DNA of 64,000 nucleotides from Rhodothermia bacterium (GTDB lineage Bacteria; Bacteroidota; Rhodothermia; Rhodothermales; UBA2364): NCBI GenBank assembly GCA_017303715.1, contig JAFLBZ010000022.1, positions 3,961 to 67,960 of the forward strand, read 5' to 3'. Shown piece by piece: positions 59,909 to 64,000 of this stretch (position 1 is its first letter; each line of letters starts with the position of its first letter). The notes under the pieces were generated by a model. It saw only the letters and a program-made list of their open reading frames with translations, ran no database searches and was not told where the DNA came from. The position numbers and the translations under genes were made by a program.

Positions 59909-60697
59909 TTAAACACTTGCGGTGTTTTTGACCAAAAAAGCTACAATCCGTTTTACCAACTCCACTGGTTGGTCTTTGGTGAGTGCATGGCCTGCGTTTG
60001 GGATAAGTTCAAATTGGGCGTTAGGAAGTTGTTTTCGGGCACGTTCCCAGACAAATCGGGGCAATATGCGGTCGTCCGCTCCCCAGCAAAGTAAGGTTGG
60101 AAAAGGTAATGCAGCGATTTTTTTACGGATGCCTGTTAGGTCTAAATCCAAGTTTTGGTGGCTACCATACATTTTTAGAAGGGTCTCGAAAGTGGCTTCT
60201 TGTTCAAACACTGTTCCTAATGGCGAAGCAAGTAGGAGACGTTTGAAAACAGGACGACGCATAAGTTTATAAGCAAACTTTCGATCCGCCAAGACCTGAA
60301 ACTTGGTGAGAGGATGGAACCCACCCGGACTAATGAGGATTAGCCCCGCAAAAGCTTCTGGATGTAAAACGGCAGTGGCCAAAGCCAATATCCCACCAAA
60401 CGAATGTCCCATTAGCCATGGTTTTTCCAATCCCAAAGTTTCAACAAATGCCGTATTTAAACGCGCATATCGTATTAAACTATAGCCCCCTTCTGGTTTT
60501 GCAGTATTGCCAAAACCCAATAGATCCGGTGCATAAAGTGAGATATTTGCCTCCTCAAGGAATGGTGTTAGGTAGCGGAAAGCACGCCCAGAATTGCCAT
60601 AGCCATGTAAGGCTACAATGGCATGTCCGGCGTGTGATTGAAGGGCAGTATAATAGGTGTGCTCAAATCCCAACAACTGAAGCTGGCCGCGTTTCAT
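59909..60697 (-). CDS. Alpha/beta-fold hydrolase
   Basis: HGYGNSG oxyanion region, nucleophile elbow GHSFGG, and a C-terminal GH. The start is set at the ATG at 60697, just after the upstream HAD gene stop. The ORF could extend to 60724. Confidence 0.8.
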   Translation of the reverse strand: MKRGQLQLLGFEHTYYTALQSHAGHAIVALHGYGNSGRAFRYLTPFLEEANISLYAPDLLGFGNTAKPEGGYSLIRYARLNTAFVETLGLEKPWLMGHSFGGILALATAVLHPEAFAGLILISPGGFHPLTKFQVLADRKFAYKLMRRPVFKRLLLASPLGTVFEQEATFETLLKMYGSHQNLDLDLTGIRKKIAALPFPTLLCWGADDRILPRFVWERARKQLPNAQFELIPNAGHALTKDQPVELVKRIVAFLVKNTASV

Positions 60698-61383
60698 GTC
60701 GCAGTACCATCGAGATAAGACCAAAACGGCTCATGGTCGTGTAGGCTATCTAAAAGCAAATCTGGCTCAAAAAGTACGAGATCGTCTGGAGAATAATGTC
60801 CCGTAGCAATGGCCACTACGCGCCATCCGGCTTTTCTTGCACATTCAATATCTTTGGGTGTGTCTCCAATAACGTGAATGTTTTGCGGCGCATACGTTTG
60901 ATGTGTATGGCTTTCCGCCCTTTTGATGCCAATCGCGGGCAATTCATTCCGATCGGAATGGTCACTACCAAAAGCGCCATACCGGAAATAGCCTTCCAGT
61001 CCTGCTTTTTGTAATTTCAAGTAGGCCATCGGCTCAAAATTTCCGGTTAGAAGGGCCAACTCAACATCCTCTCTCTTAGCAAGGTCTTCTAACAGCGCTG
61101 GAATTCCGGGCAAGACTTCGCAATAAGCCTCTGGCATTACCTGCATCATGCCTTCCATATAGCTTTTGCCTGCCTTTAAAATATTTTCCTCCGAGGCTTC
61201 GATTTCATGAAGGGTCAAAACCTCCGTAAGAATTTGCGGATCGGTCTTCCCGCCAAACGGAATCCCTGTCGTGACAATTTGCCTTCCAAACGTATCGGAC
61301 AAGGCAGACTCCACAACCCTTCGCCCAGCCCCATGTGTAAACAGGATGGTTCCATCTATATCGAAAAATAACAATTTTTGCAT
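60694..61383 (-). CDS. HAD-superfamily hydrolase (phosphoglycolate phosphatase-like)
   Basis: Motif I FDIDGT, motif II LLTGN, and motif III/IV K...GDTPKDIECA. Confidence 0.85.
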   Translation of the reverse strand: MQKLLFFDIDGTILFTHGAGRRVVESALSDTFGRQIVTTGIPFGGKTDPQILTEVLTLHEIEASEENILKAGKSYMEGMMQVMPEAYCEVLPGIPALLEDLAKREDVELALLTGNFEPMAYLKLQKAGLEGYFRYGAFGSDHSDRNELPAIGIKRAESHTHQTYAPQNIHVIGDTPKDIECARKAGWRVVAIATGHYSPDDLVLFEPDLLLDSLHDHEPFWSYLDGTAT

Positions 61384-61386
61384 AAT

Positions 61387-61869
61387 TTAGAGAATAAACA
61401 TGGAATCAGGATCTTCTTCGTACCGAATTTCATCTACTGCTTCTTTTTTGAGGTATCCGGCATATAATTTATTGGGGCAATTTAGGATTAACGCAGCTTT
61501 TTCGGACACATTCCGATACCCATGCACCACGCCCGGAGGCACGAACAAGGTACATGGGTTTTCTGCACCCAGCCGTAAGACTTGATGGAGGCCATACGTT
61601 GCGGATTCGGAGCGATAATCCCAAAGATGTACCTCAAAAAGGCCATCAAAAAAGACAAAGAGATCGGTTTGTGACACATGGGCATGTGGCCCTCGTGCAA
61701 CACCGGATTCCGTTAGCGACAAATACGCCATTTCCGGCAGTAGCGAATCGGAAAGTTCATCCGATCTAAAAATTTCGGCCAACCAGCCTCGACTATCTTT
61801 GAATTTATTTAGCGACAAACAGGTGCAATCGGGGATTTCGCCCAGCTGCCAAGACAAACTTTGTTTCAT
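61387..61869 (-). CDS. Cupin-fold sugar epimerase-like protein (dTDP-4-dehydrorhamnose 3,5-epimerase family-like)
   Basis: DSRGWLAEIFR, ARGPHAH and GVVHGYRN resemble RmlC-type cupins. 160 aa. Confidence 0.65.
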   Translation of the reverse strand: MKQSLSWQLGEIPDCTCLSLNKFKDSRGWLAEIFRSDELSDSLLPEMAYLSLTESGVARGPHAHVSQTDLFVFFDGLFEVHLWDYRSESATYGLHQVLRLGAENPCTLFVPPGVVHGYRNVSEKAALILNCPNKLYAGYLKKEAVDEIRYEEDPDSMFIL

Positions 61870-61968
61870 AGAATGTTTTTTTGAAGCTAAAATATTGGGA
61901 AATAACTATGAGCGGGGTGTAAAGACTTCGACAATTTTGTAATTTACCACCAAAATTAAATACAATCT

Positions 61969-62703
61969 GTGGAAACCATTCGTCTTATCGAGATTTCGGC
62001 TTTGAAGGATCGCCTAAACGCCCTTAAATTACGGATTGAAACGGCATGTTTGACTGCTAGACGTGATCCCGCCGAAATTACCCTGATTGGTGTCTCGAAA
62101 ACGCATCCTGCAACCCGTATTCAAGACGCCATCTCTGCTGGTTTAACAGTTTTTGGGGAGAATAAAGCCCAAGAACTACGCGAAAAGGCATTAATGATGC
62201 CCGGCACTCAATTTGGAGGTACGGTAACGTGGCATTTTATCGGAGCACTCCAGCGCAATAAGGCAAAAGAAGTCGTAAACCATGCAGATTTCTTTCATGC
62301 TTTAGATGATTTACGACTTGCCGAGACGCTTAATCGTCTTTGTTCCGCCCAAGAACGCATTTTGCCTTGCTTTGTACAGGTTAATATTTCGCAGGAAGAC
62401 AGTAAGTCGGGGCTTGAGCCAGAAGAGTTGTTCTCTTTTTTGACACTTTGCCAACCTTTTACGCACCTTCGGCTTGTTGGACTAATGGGCATCGCTCGTC
62501 CAGCCGATGATCCAGAAGAAGTCCGCCCAGAATTTAAGAAACTGCGAGATTTACGAGACGAGGCCATACAAAAAGCACTCCTTCCGCCCCAAGCTTGGCT
62601 TTCAATGGGCATGAGCGACGATTTTGAAATCGCTATCCAAGAAGGTGCAACCCATATTCGGGTAGGAAGTGCATTTTTTGGCTCACGGTCTTATATTACA
62701 TGA
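61969..62703 (+). CDS. yggS: YggS-family pyridoxal-phosphate homeostasis protein
   Basis: GTG start. LIGVSKTHP (PLP lysine), FGENKAQEL, WHFIGALQRNK and LSMGMSDDFEIAIQEGATHIRVGSAFFG. Confidence 0.9.
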   Translation: METIRLIEISALKDRLNALKLRIETACLTARRDPAEITLIGVSKTHPATRIQDAISAGLTVFGENKAQELREKALMMPGTQFGGTVTWHFIGALQRNKAKEVVNHADFFHALDDLRLAETLNRLCSAQERILPCFVQVNISQEDSKSGLEPEELFSFLTLCQPFTHLRLVGLMGIARPADDPEEVRPEFKKLRDLRDEAIQKALLPPQAWLSMGMSDDFEIAIQEGATHIRVGSAFFGSRSYIT

Positions 62704-62739
62704 TACTTATTCCTTCATTAAGGTCTTACCTTTACACCT

Positions 62740-64000
62740 ATGGCACTTTCATCCATTGACATCCGCCGTCAAGAATTTACAAAGCGCATGATGGCTTTTG
62801 GCGCTTATCCGCCGCGCGAGATCCACGAATACTTAGAAACCCTCGCCAAGGAGGTGGATATCTATAACGAAAAGTTGCGTGGTGCATATGAACAAATCCA
62901 ACGCCTTAAGGGTGATTTGGAACACTACCAAAAAGTAGAGGAAGCCCTCCAAGAAGCCTTGGAAACGGCACGGGAAAACGCCCGCAAAACACAGCAAAAC
63001 GCCGAACAAAAAGCAGCTTTGATACTTCGAGATGCGGAGTCCAGAAGTGCGCGAACCATCGAAGAGGCAAGCCTACAAGCCCAAAAAATTGTCCATGATG
63101 CCGAAATCATCAAGGCAAAAGCACGCCAGGAAGTGGCACAACTAAACGAAAGGCGGAACGAGTTAACGCTTCGTTTGAAGGGCTTTCTCCAAGCCGAGAC
63201 CGAACTTTTGGGTAGAATCGAAAAGGATTATTTCAATTTCCTTACCAGCAACGATGGGTTACTACAGAACATGTCACAACCTATTCTCGCACATAAGGAA
63301 CCTACAGTAAACCAGATAGGCCGTTCGTCCGAACCTTCGCCTTACGACAACTCGCTCCGAGAAAATGCGGTAATGCCGGACTTACCGCAAGGTTTACCCG
63401 CTTCTACACCCGACATGACCACCGAAAAAGCCGCCATTGCATTTGAAGATTCGACCTTTGATTCTCAAGAACCAGAGGTATTAACGTCTCATAGCGATGA
63501 GCAAGAAGAGCTCTTGGCCGCCTTAGGGCATCGTCAGAAGGCTCTCGAAGAAGAACTCCGTAAACTGATGGAGCCAACCGAGCAACCTGAAGAAAGCGAA
63601 TCTTTGCATTTTCAAGCATTATTGACGCCTACCCCAGAGCCGCCGCCTATTCCGGATACGGCAGACTCTCATCTTGAGTTAGCCATTGCCGAGGAAACCA
63701 ACCAACAAATGGGTCAAAATGCGCAAATTTCTGAAATATCAAATCGGTCATCCACACTAACCGAAATAGCCTTAGACACCCCGATAATGGTTATGGGAAC
63801 CCCTGGTGAGCAAACGATGGTGGCGGAAATTTGGGAAGCTAAAGCAGAACCAGAATTCACATACCCTGTTTCCGAGCCACAACCCGTTGTCTCCATTCCC
63901 GAACCGCTACCAACAAATGCGGCAGTCGGTACGCGGCCACAGTCTCCGGTATCAGAGTTAATGAGTTTCTCCAAACAAAACACATCAACAACCGAAACCG
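62740..64000 (+). CDS. DivIVA-domain protein, 3' end beyond the window
   Basis: Absent from the ORF track because no stop is reached. I translated frame 1 from the ATG at 62740 and found it open to 63999. The N-terminus is IDIRRQEFTKRMMAFGAYPPREIHEYLETLAKEV plus coiled coil (DivIVA-like). A Pro/Glu/Thr-rich tail follows, and the gene sits next to yggS. Confidence 0.8.
   Translation, partial: MALSSIDIRRQEFTKRMMAFGAYPPREIHEYLETLAKEVDIYNEKLRGAYEQIQRLKGDLEHYQKVEEALQEALETARENARKTQQNAEQKAALILRDAESRSARTIEEASLQAQKIVHDAEIIKAKARQEVAQLNERRNELTLRLKGFLQAETELLGRIEKDYFNFLTSNDGLLQNMSQPILAHKEPTVNQIGRSSEPSPYDNSLRENAVMPDLPQGLPASTPDMTTEKAAIAFEDSTFDSQEPEVLTSHSDEQEELLAALGHRQKALEEELRKLMEPTEQPEESESLHFQALLTPTPEPPPIPDTADSHLELAIAEETNQQMGQNAQISEISNRSSTLTEIALDTPIMVMGTPGEQTMVAEIWEAKAEPEFTYPVSEPQPVVSIPEPLPTNAAVGTRPQSPVSELMSFSKQNTSTTET

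Overview
64 kb of a compact bacterial chromosome, about 47-50% GC by eye. SusC/SusD pairs and an ileS-dksA-lspA arrangement point to an FCB-group (Bacteroidota/Rhodothermota/Ignavibacteriota-like) organism; that attribution is inference. All calls rest on motif recognition in the supplied ORF translations and on reading the DNA. No searches were run. Left third (1-14 kb): a histidine utilisation operon (hutH-hutU-hutI-hutG-ridA), then nadR/pnuC, a GDYXXLXY/DUF2157 pair, moeB-like, a GH18 gene and uvrC. Middle (15-30 kb): a nutrient-uptake neighbourhood holding a TonB-dependent receptor, an arginase-fold enzyme, a SusC/SusD pair, a DapA-family lyase, an OmpR/HK two-component system, an aldehyde dehydrogenase and nadK. 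It ends at tRNA-Phe(GAA), which is followed by two abutting truncated transposase remnants (IS1182-like, IS630-like) and a hairpin-rich non-coding stretch. After lspA-dksA-ileS comes the standout feature, a 20-kb single-strand block (36.3-56.2 kb, minus strand) encoding canonical-type type VI secretion parts. These are TssM, TssL, TssK, TssJ, a TagH-like FHA protein and a Hanks kinase/PP2C phosphatase pair, both membrane-anchored. The block also holds two paralogous TPR lipoproteins, an outer-membrane beta-barrel, and an FHA-disordered repeat-TM-lytic transglycosylase fusion. Its sheath is encoded as one fused TssB-TssC polypeptide. No Hcp, VgrG, PAAR, TssA/E/F/G or ClpV candidate lies in the block. 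The right end carries xylAB, hydrolases, an RmlC-like cupin, yggS and a 3'-truncated divIVA-like gene.
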